DNA of 64,000 bases, taken from Christensenella sp. Lineage in GTDB: Bacteria > Bacillota > Clostridia > Christensenellales > CAG-138. Location: contig JAYFPQ010000017.1 in the NCBI GenBank assembly GCA_034927595.1, positions 100,544-164,543 of the forward strand, read 5' to 3'. Below, piece after piece: positions 35,736 through 43,836 of the stretch (position 1 is its first letter; the number at the start of each line of letters is the position of its first letter). The notes beneath the pieces were generated by a model. The model saw only the letters and a list, made by a program, of their open reading frames with translations. It was not told the origin of the DNA and ran no database searches. The translations under genes and the position numbers were made by a program.

Positions 35736-35820
35736 CACGCAGGGCACAACCCGCAAAAGCGGGTGTCGCAAAGCTACAGGGCCTACCGGCGGTTCATTCG
35801 CCCAAGGTTGCCAGTTGCAG
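35736..35820 (+). promoter_or_regulatory. c-di-GMP-I (GEMM-I) riboswitch aptamer
   Basis: CACGCAGGGCACAACCCGC-AAAA-GCGGGUGUCGCAAAGCUACAGGGCC... reproduces the Vc2-type landmarks CACGCA(CA)GGGCAAACC / hairpin / GACGCAAAGCC / second hairpin. Located in the 5' leader of a pilus operon. Confidence 0.62.
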
Positions 35821-35897
35821 AATGAGAGCTCGCTCTTTTCCTTGCACAGGTATGCCTAGGTGAGTTGCCCAAATAGGACTTATACAAGAAAAAGAAG

Positions 35898-35936
35898 CGG
35901 TTCAGATTCCTTGGAATTTGGAACCGTTATTTTTTT
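35898..35936 (+). terminator. Intrinsic terminator serving as riboswitch expression platform
   Basis: CGGTTCAGATTCC-TT-GGAATTTGGAACCG imperfect 13-bp hairpin followed by TTATTTTTTT, 45 nt before the first Tad gene. Confidence 0.75.
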
Positions 35937-35981
35937 GGGTCGAAAACCACTGTGGATTCGCCCGAAACGGCAGGAGAAAGC

Positions 35982-36611
35982 ATGATGCAATTTGTTCTGC
36001 CGATTTTGCTGGGCGCCGTATTGGGCGCAGCATTATCGGTTCCCGTTTGGCTGGTTTCCGCGTTGTTGCTCCGGCGGCGCAACATCGATTCTCAGCTTGA
36101 GCCAAAATACCGCCTATTGCTCGCCGCCGCGATGGCGCTCTTTGGCGGCGTCATTGGCTGGCGCGTTGGCATTTCCTTTGGCGGACTGTATCGGCTGCTG
36201 CTGCTGACCGTATCCGCCTGCGTGTTTGTCATCGACGCGAAGAACCGCGTCATTCCAAATGAGCTCGTGCTCGCCATCTTGGTTCTGGCGGCGGTGTTCG
36301 GGTTTACGGGGACGTTTTCGTTTCAAGTATGGTCGTCGCTGCTTGGCCTTGCGGCCTGTTTTGTGCTCTTCTTTGTGCCGAGCCTGTTTGGCAAGAACGT
36401 CGGCGTGGGGGACGTAAAGCTCGCGGCGGCAATGGGGTTTACGCTGGGATTGACCGGTAGCCTGTATGCGATTGTCGGCATGGGCGTTCTGGTGCTGGCA
36501 TACCTGCTGCTTCAGGTTCGCGTTCCCATGCTGGATCGGCTGAAAGCGGTTATCCCAATGGGGCCGTTTCTCGCGTTGGCGCTGGTCGTCGTCTCGATTG
36601 TACTGCCCTAG
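35982..36611 (+). CDS. tadV: Prepilin peptidase (A24 family, CpaA/TadV type)
   Basis: 209 aa from ATG 35982 behind CAGGAGAAA. Polytopic, with the two catalytic Asp contexts FVIDAKNRVIPNE and NVGVGDVKLAAAMG. Confidence 0.88.
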   Translation: MMQFVLPILLGAVLGAALSVPVWLVSALLLRRRNIDSQLEPKYRLLLAAAMALFGGVIGWRVGISFGGLYRLLLLTVSACVFVIDAKNRVIPNELVLAILVLAAVFGFTGTFSFQVWSSLLGLAACFVLFFVPSLFGKNVGVGDVKLAAAMGFTLGLTGSLYAIVGMGVLVLAYLLLQVRVPMLDRLKAVIPMGPFLALALVVVSIVLP

Positions 36612-36740
36612 GATCGGCTCCTGTTCAGCGAGTATGGGTTCCGCGAATGGGACTCCATCGCATGCGTGATTGACCTCTGCCAACATCGGCTTTCGCACGA
36701 TGCTTGGATTAAGGGAATAAAAAAGTAAGGAGAAACATCT

Positions 36741-36902
36741 ATGAAGCGCTTTTGGATGAACGAAGAAGGCCAGGGCATGGTCGAGTACGGCCTGATCATC
36801 GCGCTCGTCGCAATCGTTGTCATTGTTGGCCTCGGTGCGATCGGAACGAAGGCCAACGGTCTCTTTGGCGACGTAGGCAACAAACTGAAAATCGGGTCCT
36901 AA
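36741..36902 (+). CDS. flp: Flp-family type IVb prepilin 1
   Basis: 53 aa, below the ORF-track cut-off. MKRFWMNEEGQG/MVEYGLIIALVAIVVIVGL carries the Flp G/xxxxEY processing motif plus a hydrophobic helix. AAGGAG lies 8 nt upstream. Confidence 0.88.
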   Translation: MKRFWMNEEGQGMVEYGLIIALVAIVVIVGLGAIGTKANGLFGDVGNKLKIGS

Positions 36903-37114
36903 CGCATACACTCAGAGAACGGGACGAGGAATCGATGGTTGCTGTCTGCAGAAGCTTTCTGATGCGGATGGCTTGCTATCTTTTCCGAGCCGAATCACGA
37001 GAGGGTGGGCAAGCGTTCGCCGTTCGCGTCCGTTCGGCAGCAAAGGGACTTGGGAAAACATCGAAATCACGAATCATTCGGGATTACGAAATGAATGAGA
37101 AGGAGGTATTTTTC

Positions 37115-37276
37115 ATGAAACGCTTTTTGATGAACGAAGAAGGCCAGGGTATGGTGGAATATGGCCTGATCATCGCGTTGGTCGCGATTGTCGTCATTGC
37201 CGGGTTGCAGATTCTGGGCGGCAAGGCGAACAGCCTGTTCGGCGGCATCAGCAACCAGCTGAAGATTGGATCCTAA
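37115..37276 (+). CDS. flp: Flp-family type IVb prepilin 2
   Basis: 53 aa. MKRFLMNEEGQG/MVEYGLIIALVAIVVIAGL.. with AGGAGG 8 nt upstream. In the ORF track it is visible only as the tail of the artefactual ORF 36752..37276. Confidence 0.88.
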   Translation: MKRFLMNEEGQGMVEYGLIIALVAIVVIAGLQILGGKANSLFGGISNQLKIGS

Positions 37277-37496
37277 TCGGACTGATTCGGATTGGGAACC
37301 ATCGCCCGGCGCGCGGAAAGCGGCCGAGAGTTTTCCGGAATGAGAACGTTCTGTTTTGCAGGAACGTTCTCTTTCCGGCACTTTTCGTTTCGATGAATCC
37401 GTTATGACCAAAATGGACATTTTCGGGCCGAAACGAAGAGCGATTGCAACAAAGAACCTGCTTGATTCGAAAGAACAAGGCGGAAGGGAGCGGCAT

Positions 37497-37913
37497 ATGA
37501 ACAAGGCAATCCAAAAAAGACGGCGCGAGAGCGGGCAGTCTGTTGTCGAGTTTGCTTTAACGCTGCCGTTGGTGCTGCTTTTGATCTGCGGCATGATTGA
37601 AATGGGCTGGATGGCCTCTACGCGACAGGTACTGGACTCGCTGACACGCGAAGGCGCGCGCGCCGGAATGGTCGCGACCACGAAAACCGCGAGCACAACC
37701 GCGGTCAACACCAGAATTACCAAAATGAAACCCAGCTATCTGACGAAGCCCCTGAACGTTACGATTACCTATTCGAATCCTTCCAGTTTTAAGGATGGGG
37801 ACATCAGTGTCAACATCACCTACGATTTGCCTCCACTCACGCCGATTACCTCGTTTCTGGCGCCTGGGGGCGTATTTCACATGAACTCGACTTGTACGAT
37901 GAAGATGAGCTAG
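37497..37913 (+). CDS. TadE-like pseudopilin
   Basis: 138 aa from ATG 37497 behind GGAAGGGAG. RRESGQSVVEFALTLPLVLLLICGMIEMGW is the TadE-like N-terminal domain. Confidence 0.8.
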   Translation: MNKAIQKRRRESGQSVVEFALTLPLVLLLICGMIEMGWMASTRQVLDSLTREGARAGMVATTKTASTTAVNTRITKMKPSYLTKPLNVTITYSNPSSFKDGDISVNITYDLPPLTPITSFLAPGGVFHMNSTCTMKMS

Positions 37914-38094
37914 CGCGTCTGATGCCGTCCGCATTTGGTCGACGGATCGCTCCGACGGGTTTAGCCGGAGCACCCAAAGAGGAAGAAAACGAGCGCGAAA
38001 CGCTCTTTTGATAACCGCAGGCCGGTTGCTTGCGCTGTAGTTTTTCGCCGGAACACAGCAATGTGATTCGATAGAAGGGGTTCGGAGGTTCCGC

Positions 38095-38901
38095 ATGAAG
38101 AAAATCGTACTGTTCGCGCTGATTGCCGCCTTGTGCGCGGGCGCTTTGCTCTACTTTTATCTCGGCAATCTGGAACAGCAAAAAGAGGTCAAAATCGAAT
38201 ACGAGAATGTGATCGTCGCCACGACGAACATTCCCGCGTATACACCGATTACGGCCGACATGGTCACCATTCGGCAGGTGCCGCTCGGCACCGCGCATCC
38301 TCTTGCAGCCAGAACGCTCGAGGAAGTGGTCGGTTACGTCACCGAGAGTGAAACGTTGGAGGGCGAGCAACTGCTGCCGCCAAAGCTCAAACAGCTTGGG
38401 CAGACCGAGAGCGGGCTTTCCTACATCGTTCCGGAAGGCATGCGCGCGGTGACGATCCCGGTGGACGAGGTAACCGGCGTTGCGGGATTCTTGCAGCGCG
38501 GCGACTATGTGGACGTCATCACGAACGTTACGACCGCCTACGCTCCGGCACCGGTTGAACAAGGGCAGACAGACGCTGCGCAAACCGAACCCGCGGCAAC
38601 CGATGGCACGACGCCCACGGTGCAGACCGGCATGACGGAGCGGGCGACCACGCTGGTTGCCGCGCAGAACGTTCGCATTGCGGCGCTCGGCACGTCCCTG
38701 ACCAACGGAAGCGGAACGAACGCCGACGGCGCGATCAGCTACGGCAGCATTACGTTGTTTCTGACACCGGAGGAAGCAATGCGCGTGCTGCACGCATCCA
38801 GAAGCGGCGCGGTGATGATTATCCTGCGCGCATCCGGTGACCACGACGAGAATACGGAGCTGCCGGTGATCAACGACATGTTGTTGGAGAAAGCGGAATA
38901 A
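38095..38901 (+). CDS. cpaB: Flp pilus assembly protein CpaB/RcpC (SAF domain)
   Basis: 268 aa. N-terminal TM, then IVATTNIPAYTPITADMV..VP.. and GMRAVTIPVDEVTGVAGFLQRGDYVDVI, typical of CpaB. Confidence 0.85.
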   Translation: MKKIVLFALIAALCAGALLYFYLGNLEQQKEVKIEYENVIVATTNIPAYTPITADMVTIRQVPLGTAHPLAARTLEEVVGYVTESETLEGEQLLPPKLKQLGQTESGLSYIVPEGMRAVTIPVDEVTGVAGFLQRGDYVDVITNVTTAYAPAPVEQGQTDAAQTEPAATDGTTPTVQTGMTERATTLVAAQNVRIAALGTSLTNGSGTNADGAISYGSITLFLTPEEAMRVLHASRSGAVMIILRASGDHDENTELPVINDMLLEKAE

Positions 38902-40046
38902 TGGCGAATAACACAAACGACATTCGAATTATGCTGGCGTCGTTTTCGGCCGACGACCGGAAACTGATCTCCGCGTTGCTGACGGATGAATCCTTGCGCA
39001 TCGTGAGCAGCTTTCGTCCGGATGGCGACGGGCTCAAGAAGGCGTCCTCCCAGCCGGCGGACGTGCTCTTGATTGGTACGCGCGGCAGGCCGGAACACGA
39101 GCTGGAGTTTGCGGAGCGAATGTTTACCGTGCGCAGCGACATTACGATTTTGCTGCTCTGCCCCGCGCTCGATAACAAAACGCTGAACCGCGCGATGGAA
39201 AGCGGCATTGCGCGCGTCATCGACATTGACAGCGGCGAGCAGAACATTCGAACGCACATCATCACCGCTGCAAACCGGGACCAGAATCGCCGCACCGCGA
39301 CGCAGAAAATAGCGAGCTACGACTCCAAGGTGGTTGCCTGCTATTCGCCGAAGGGCGGCGTTGGCAAGACGACGCTGGCGGTGAACCTGGCCTATGCGCT
39401 GGCGACCATGAATAAGAAAATCGCGCTGATCGATCTGAACCTTCAGTTCGGCGAGGTCGGCGTCTTTTTGGACATCACCAAGGGCGATACGATTGCGGAC
39501 ATGGTAGAGGAGCACTCGTTTGAACTCTCCACGATCAAATGCTATCTGATTCGCCACCAGAGCGGCATTCAGGTGATGCTCTCGAGCAGCTCGCCGGAGT
39601 ATGCCGACCTGATTCGACCGGAGCACATCGACTCGATTCTCTCCGTGCTGCGCACCGAGTTTGACTATGTCATTCTGGATATGGGCGTAACGTTGAACGA
39701 CTGCGCGATTGCCGCGCTGGAAACGTCGGACACCATTCTTTTGGTGGTCACCGAGGACATCGCCGCCCTGCACGACGCAAAACGCAGCATGAAGGTGCTT
39801 GAGGCGCTCAATTTGCAGGACAAGGCCAAGCTCGTGGTCAACAAAGAGGGGCTTTCGACGATCAGCGTCAAAACCATCGCGGGATTGCTCGACGCGTCGC
39901 CCGTGCTCGTGATTCCGTTCGACCTGAAGTCGGCAATGATCGCGGTCAACCGCGGTATTCCCATGTTAAGCTGCGCGCCGAATTCGAAGGCGTCCAAAGA
40001 GATTGCTGCGTTTGCGCGCAAAATGATCCGCAGGACACTGTCATGA
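38901..40046 (+). CDS. tadZ: TadZ/CpaE: receiver-like domain + ParA/MinD-type ATPase
   Basis: 381 aa. N-terminal CheY-like fold, then the deviant Walker A in VVACYSPKGGVGKTTLAVNLA. Confidence 0.88.
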   Translation: MANNTNDIRIMLASFSADDRKLISALLTDESLRIVSSFRPDGDGLKKASSQPADVLLIGTRGRPEHELEFAERMFTVRSDITILLLCPALDNKTLNRAMESGIARVIDIDSGEQNIRTHIITAANRDQNRRTATQKIASYDSKVVACYSPKGGVGKTTLAVNLAYALATMNKKIALIDLNLQFGEVGVFLDITKGDTIADMVEEHSFELSTIKCYLIRHQSGIQVMLSSSSPEYADLIRPEHIDSILSVLRTEFDYVILDMGVTLNDCAIAALETSDTILLVVTEDIAALHDAKRSMKVLEALNLQDKAKLVVNKEGLSTISVKTIAGLLDASPVLVIPFDLKSAMIAVNRGIPMLSCAPNSKASKEIAAFARKMIRRTLS

Positions 40047-40098
40047 GTAGACGAGTTACGTTTTTCTACGCCGGGCGCAGCATCCGGAGGGTAGCAGC

Positions 40099-41409
40099 AT
40101 GAGCCTGTTGGACAAGATGGATCGGAAAGCGACCAATCCGCAGAGCGGCAGCGTTCCCCAGCAGGAAGCGCTGGAAGCCGCGCAGCTGCGCGACCGCGTG
40201 CACCATCAGGTGGTGGACGCGCTCAACAAGCGCGACGAGAAACACGGCGGCGGCGCGAGCGAGACGGAGACCCGAAACATCATTGAAGGCGCGCTGGAGC
40301 AGCACGCGGCGAGCATGGCCCGCCCGGAGCGCAACCGCATTGCGCAGGAGATTTTCGACTCCATTCGCGGTCTTGGCCCGCTGGAAAAACTGCTGGCGGA
40401 CGATTCCATCAGCGAAATTATGGTCAACGGCGCAAAGCAGGTGTTCATTGAGCGCAAGGGCAAGCTCATTCAAACCGACGTGTCGTTTTACGACAACGAC
40501 CAGCTGCTCAACGTCATCGACCGAATCGTCTCCCCTCTGGGGAGGCACATTGACGAAGCGAACCCCATGGTGGACGCCCGCTTGCCGGACGGATCGCGCG
40601 TAAACGCGGTGATTCCGCCACTTTCGCTTAAGGGACCGTTGCTCACGATTCGAAAATTCTCGAGAAACCCGCTGACCATTGAAAACCTCGTCAGCTTCGG
40701 CAGCCTGAATTTCAAGATGGCAGCGTTTCTGGAAGCTTGCGTCAAGGGCAAGCTGAACATGGTGGTATCCGGCGGTACCGGCAGCGGCAAAACGACGCTG
40801 CTCAACGTGCTCTCGGCCTTCATTCCCTACGACGAGCGCATTGTGACCATTGAGGACGCGGCGGAAATCCAGCTGCAGCAAAAACACGTGCTCACGCTGG
40901 AGGCGCGTCCCGCGAATCTCGAAGGCGCCGGGCAGATTACGATTCGCGATCTGGTTCGAAACGCGCTGCGTATGCGGCCGGATCGAATCATCGTCGGCGA
41001 GGTGCGCGGCGGCGAAGCGCTGGATATGCTCCAGGCGATGAACACCGGCCACGACGGCTCGCTGACCACGGGACACGCGAACTCCGCGCGCGATATGCTC
41101 GCGCGTCTGGAGACCATGGTGCTCATGGCGGGCATGAACCTGCCGATGTCGGCCATTCGCCAGCAGATTGCCTCCGCAATCGACATCATCGTGCAGCAGG
41201 CGCGTATGCGCGACGGCAGCCGAAAGATTGTCGGCATCCATGAGGTGGTCGGCATGGAAGGCGAAGTCATCGTGACGCAGGAAATCTTTACCTACGATTA
41301 TGGCGACGGGCGCTCGCCGGGGCATTTTCGCGCGACCGGCATCAAGCCGCGCTGCAGCGAGAAACTGACCGCCGCGGGTGCAGGTCTGAAAGATGAGTGG
41401 TTTCATTAA
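40099..41409 (+). CDS. cpaF: Tad secretion ATPase CpaF/TadA
   Basis: 436 aa. Walker [15 protein letters not shown], Walker B/Asp box [14 protein letters not shown], His box [13 protein letters not shown]. Confidence 0.95.
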   Translation: MSLLDKMDRKATNPQSGSVPQQEALEAAQLRDRVHHQVVDALNKRDEKHGGGASETETRNIIEGALEQHAASMARPERNRIAQEIFDSIRGLGPLEKLLADDSISEIMVNGAKQVFIERKGKLIQTDVSFYDNDQLLNVIDRIVSPLGRHIDEANPMVDARLPDGSRVNAVIPPLSLKGPLLTIRKFSRNPLTIENLVSFGSLNFKMAAFLEACVKGKLNMVVSGGTGSGKTTLLNVLSAFIPYDERIVTIEDAAEIQLQQKHVLTLEARPANLEGAGQITIRDLVRNALRMRPDRIIVGEVRGGEALDMLQAMNTGHDGSLTTGHANSARDMLARLETMVLMAGMNLPMSAIRQQIASAIDIIVQQARMRDGSRKIVGIHEVVGMEGEVIVTQEIFTYDYGDGRSPGHFRATGIKPRCSEKLTAAGAGLKDEWFH

Positions 41410-41514
41410 ATTAAAAACTGGCCACAATGGGCGCAGGACTCAAGGACGAGTGGTTACATTAAATTTAAAACTGGCCATAATGGCGCAGGCCTCAAGGACG
41501 AGTGGTTTTATTAA
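41380..41514 (+). repeat. Three tandem copies (periods 53 and 52 nt) of the cpaF 3' end (AGLKDEWxx + TAA) plus spacer
   Basis: GCAGGTCTGAAAGATGAGTGGTTTCATTAA at 41380, GCAGGACTCAAGGACGAGTGGTTACATTAA at 41433, GCAGGCCTCAAGGACGAGTGGTTTTATTAA at 41485. The spacers ATTAAAAACTGGCCACAATGG and ATTTAAAACTGGCCATAATGG are also homologous. Confidence 0.95.
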
Positions 41515-41558
41515 ATGAAAGATGATTTTCACCTGCCGCAGGAAGGAGGAAAAAGAAT

Positions 41559-42488
41559 ATGATTCGCACATTGATCGTCGCGGTCTGTACGATTGCGTTC
41601 TATTTTATCTTTTACCTGCTTGCGGTGGCGCAAACCAAACAAAAGCGCCAGATGGGGCAGCGGATGCAGGCTCTGTTTGATAAAACAGAGGAGCAGAGCG
41701 ATTCCAAGCGCTCGCAGCGCCGCAATTCCAAAACACATGCTCGCCGGTTGGATCAAATTGCCGAAGAACTCTACGTGGCCGGCGTTGCGCTGCGCGCAGA
41801 TGAGTTTGTGATGATCTGGATTCTGACCGGTGCCGTCATACCGGCCATCGCGCTGTTTCTTGGCGCGCCGCTGACCGTCTGCATCGCACTGGTGCTCGTT
41901 GGCGTCGCTGCGCCGATCTCCTGGGTCATCCTCAAGCGCAACAAGCGGCTCACCCTGCTCGGCAAGCAGCTCTCGGACGCGCTGGGGATTCTCTGCAGCG
42001 CGCTGCGGGTTGGCCAGTCCGTGCAGACCGCGATGAAGAACGTTGCCGAGGAGATGGAGGAGCCCATTTCCCGCGAGTTCATGCGCGTGTATCGTGAAAC
42101 GCAATACGGTATGACGCTGGAGGCAAGCCTCGGCGGCCTGGTCAAGCGAACGAAGAATCCGGATCTGGAGCTCATGTGCTCCGCCATTCTGATTCAGCGG
42201 CAGATTGGCGGCAACCTCGCGCAGATTTTGCAGAACATTTCGGATACGATCAATCAGCGCATTCAGATGCGCGGCGAGGTCAAAACACTAACCTCCGCCG
42301 GGCGTATGAGCGGGTATATCATTGGGGCGCTGCCGTTGTTCATCATTTTGATTCTGATGTTCATTAACCCCAGCTACATCGATATGTTCTTCACCACGCA
42401 ATCCGGCCGGATGATGCTGATCATCAGTGCCGTGCTCGAAGTCATCGGGTTCCTGTTTGTTCGCAAAATCGTGAACATCAAAATGTAG
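41559..42488 (+). CDS. tadB: TadB (type II secretion system F-family inner membrane protein)
   Basis: 309 aa. T2SSF domain pattern (..ALRVGQSVQTAM..EF..V..E..YG..LE.AL..L) with flanking TM helices. Follows cpaF. Confidence 0.85.
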   Translation: MIRTLIVAVCTIAFYFIFYLLAVAQTKQKRQMGQRMQALFDKTEEQSDSKRSQRRNSKTHARRLDQIAEELYVAGVALRADEFVMIWILTGAVIPAIALFLGAPLTVCIALVLVGVAAPISWVILKRNKRLTLLGKQLSDALGILCSALRVGQSVQTAMKNVAEEMEEPISREFMRVYRETQYGMTLEASLGGLVKRTKNPDLELMCSAILIQRQIGGNLAQILQNISDTINQRIQMRGEVKTLTSAGRMSGYIIGALPLFIILILMFINPSYIDMFFTTQSGRMMLIISAVLEVIGFLFVRKIVNIKM

Positions 42489-42502
42489 AAGGGAGACATT
42501 GC

Positions 42503-43429
42503 ATGCGGTTAGTTGTTTTGGTCAGCACCCTCGCGGTGTTTCTCTCAATCATTGCGCTGCTCGGCGGCGTGGGTAAAAAAATTGACCGAATGGATCATCG
42601 TTACGCGCAGCTCAAGGAGACCGAGCGTGTATATAACGACGAAGAACTCAAGAAATCCTTTTCGGAGCGCGTGTTTCGCCCTGCGGTGCAGCGCGTTTCC
42701 GAGCAGATACGGCGTTCGGCGGACAAGAACAAACCGGTTAAGCTCAGCCGTGCAAACCAAAAGGTGGAGCGTCAGCTCAAGGCTTCCGGCCTGAAACTGA
42801 CGCTGCAGGAGTACCGCGTGATCAAGAACCTCTTGATTCTGCTGTTTCTGATTGGCGGGATTCTGCTGTATGTTCTGCTGCAGATCGATGTTATGTATCG
42901 ACTGTTGATTGTGATCGTGCTGGCGAACATTCCGGTGCTTGGGTCGAGTTTCTTTTTGAACGCAAGGGTGAGGGCGCGCAAGGAGTCCATTATGATTGAC
43001 CTGCCCGAGGTGATGGATATCCTCGTCGTCAGCGTGGAAGCGGGCCTTGGGCTCGACTCGGCGATTGTGCAGCAATATTCCAAGAACAAGTCCGCCGTGT
43101 TGATGGAGCTCAACAGCGCCATCCGCGAAATCCAGATGGGTGTTCCGCGAAAGGTCGCGCTCAAGGAGATGGCGGACCGCTGCGACGTGAAGGAACTCAC
43201 GGCGTTCGTCACCGCGCTGTTGCAGGCGGAACAGTTGGGCGTTTCGATCAAGAGCGTGCTGATGCAGCAGTCCGAGCGACTGCGCGTCGAGCGCAAGCAG
43301 ATGATTCAGGCGAAGGCGGCGAAGGCCCCGATTAAGATCATGATCCCAACGGTCATCTTTATCTTTCCGGTGGTGTTCATCATTCTGTTGGGACCGGCGG
43401 TGGTCAGCTTGATTCAAACGTTCGGTTGA
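42503..43429 (+). CDS. tadC: TadC (type II secretion system F-family inner membrane protein)
   Basis: 308 aa. Second T2SSF-domain protein (..LPEVMDILVVSVEAGLGLDSAI..) with terminal TM helices. Confidence 0.85.
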   Translation: MRLVVLVSTLAVFLSIIALLGGVGKKIDRMDHRYAQLKETERVYNDEELKKSFSERVFRPAVQRVSEQIRRSADKNKPVKLSRANQKVERQLKASGLKLTLQEYRVIKNLLILLFLIGGILLYVLLQIDVMYRLLIVIVLANIPVLGSSFFLNARVRARKESIMIDLPEVMDILVVSVEAGLGLDSAIVQQYSKNKSAVLMELNSAIREIQMGVPRKVALKEMADRCDVKELTAFVTALLQAEQLGVSIKSVLMQQSERLRVERKQMIQAKAAKAPIKIMIPTVIFIFPVVFIILLGPAVVSLIQTFG

Positions 43430-43494
43430 TCCCGCAGGCGCACTCGAACAGGTTCGAACGATCGGGACAACGCAAGCACAAGAGGAGAACAACG

Positions 43495-43836
43495 ATGAAA
43501 ACGGTACGCATCCAAAGAAACGGCGAAACACTTGCGTCCGTTTGGCATGCAACGGGATATTTCGCGCGGCTGCGCGGGCTACTAGGCCGCACCATTCCGC
43601 CAAACGGCGGGCTGCTGCTCACGCCCTGCAACGCGATTCATATGATTGGCATGCGCTATGCGATTGATGCCGTCTATCTGGACAAAGAAGGCAGCGTACT
43701 GCGCGCAGACGAGGCGGTTCAGCCGGGGCGGATATGCCCGATGCAGCGCGGCGCGCGACATGTGCTGGAACTGCCGGAAGGCAGCATAAAACGACATTCG
43801 ATTCAACTTGGCGACCGGTTGGAGGTGACCTCATGA
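43495..43836 (+). CDS. DUF192-family protein
   Basis: 113 aa from ATG 43495 behind AGAGGAG. ARLRGLLGR..GLLLTPCNAIHMIGMRYAIDAVYLDKEGSVL..HVLELPEG fits the DUF192 pattern. Confidence 0.7.
   Translation: MKTVRIQRNGETLASVWHATGYFARLRGLLGRTIPPNGGLLLTPCNAIHMIGMRYAIDAVYLDKEGSVLRADEAVQPGRICPMQRGARHVLELPEGSIKRHSIQLGDRLEVTS

Noticed and set aside
36752-37276. 174-aa plus-strand ORF spanning the region of the two Flp genes.
   Set aside because: It is out of frame with flp1 and only joins the flp2 frame at its end. The N-terminal 120 aa are Arg-rich nonsense across an intergenic spacer. The two 53-aa genes, with SD sequences and Flp motifs, explain the region.
41380-41514. Mini CRISPR array or REP-type element as an explanation for the 2-3-copy tandem repeats.
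   Set aside because: The segments between the conserved cores are themselves homologous, so they are not unique spacers. There are only 2-3 copies and no cas genes. The repeat content is the coding end of the adjacent gene.
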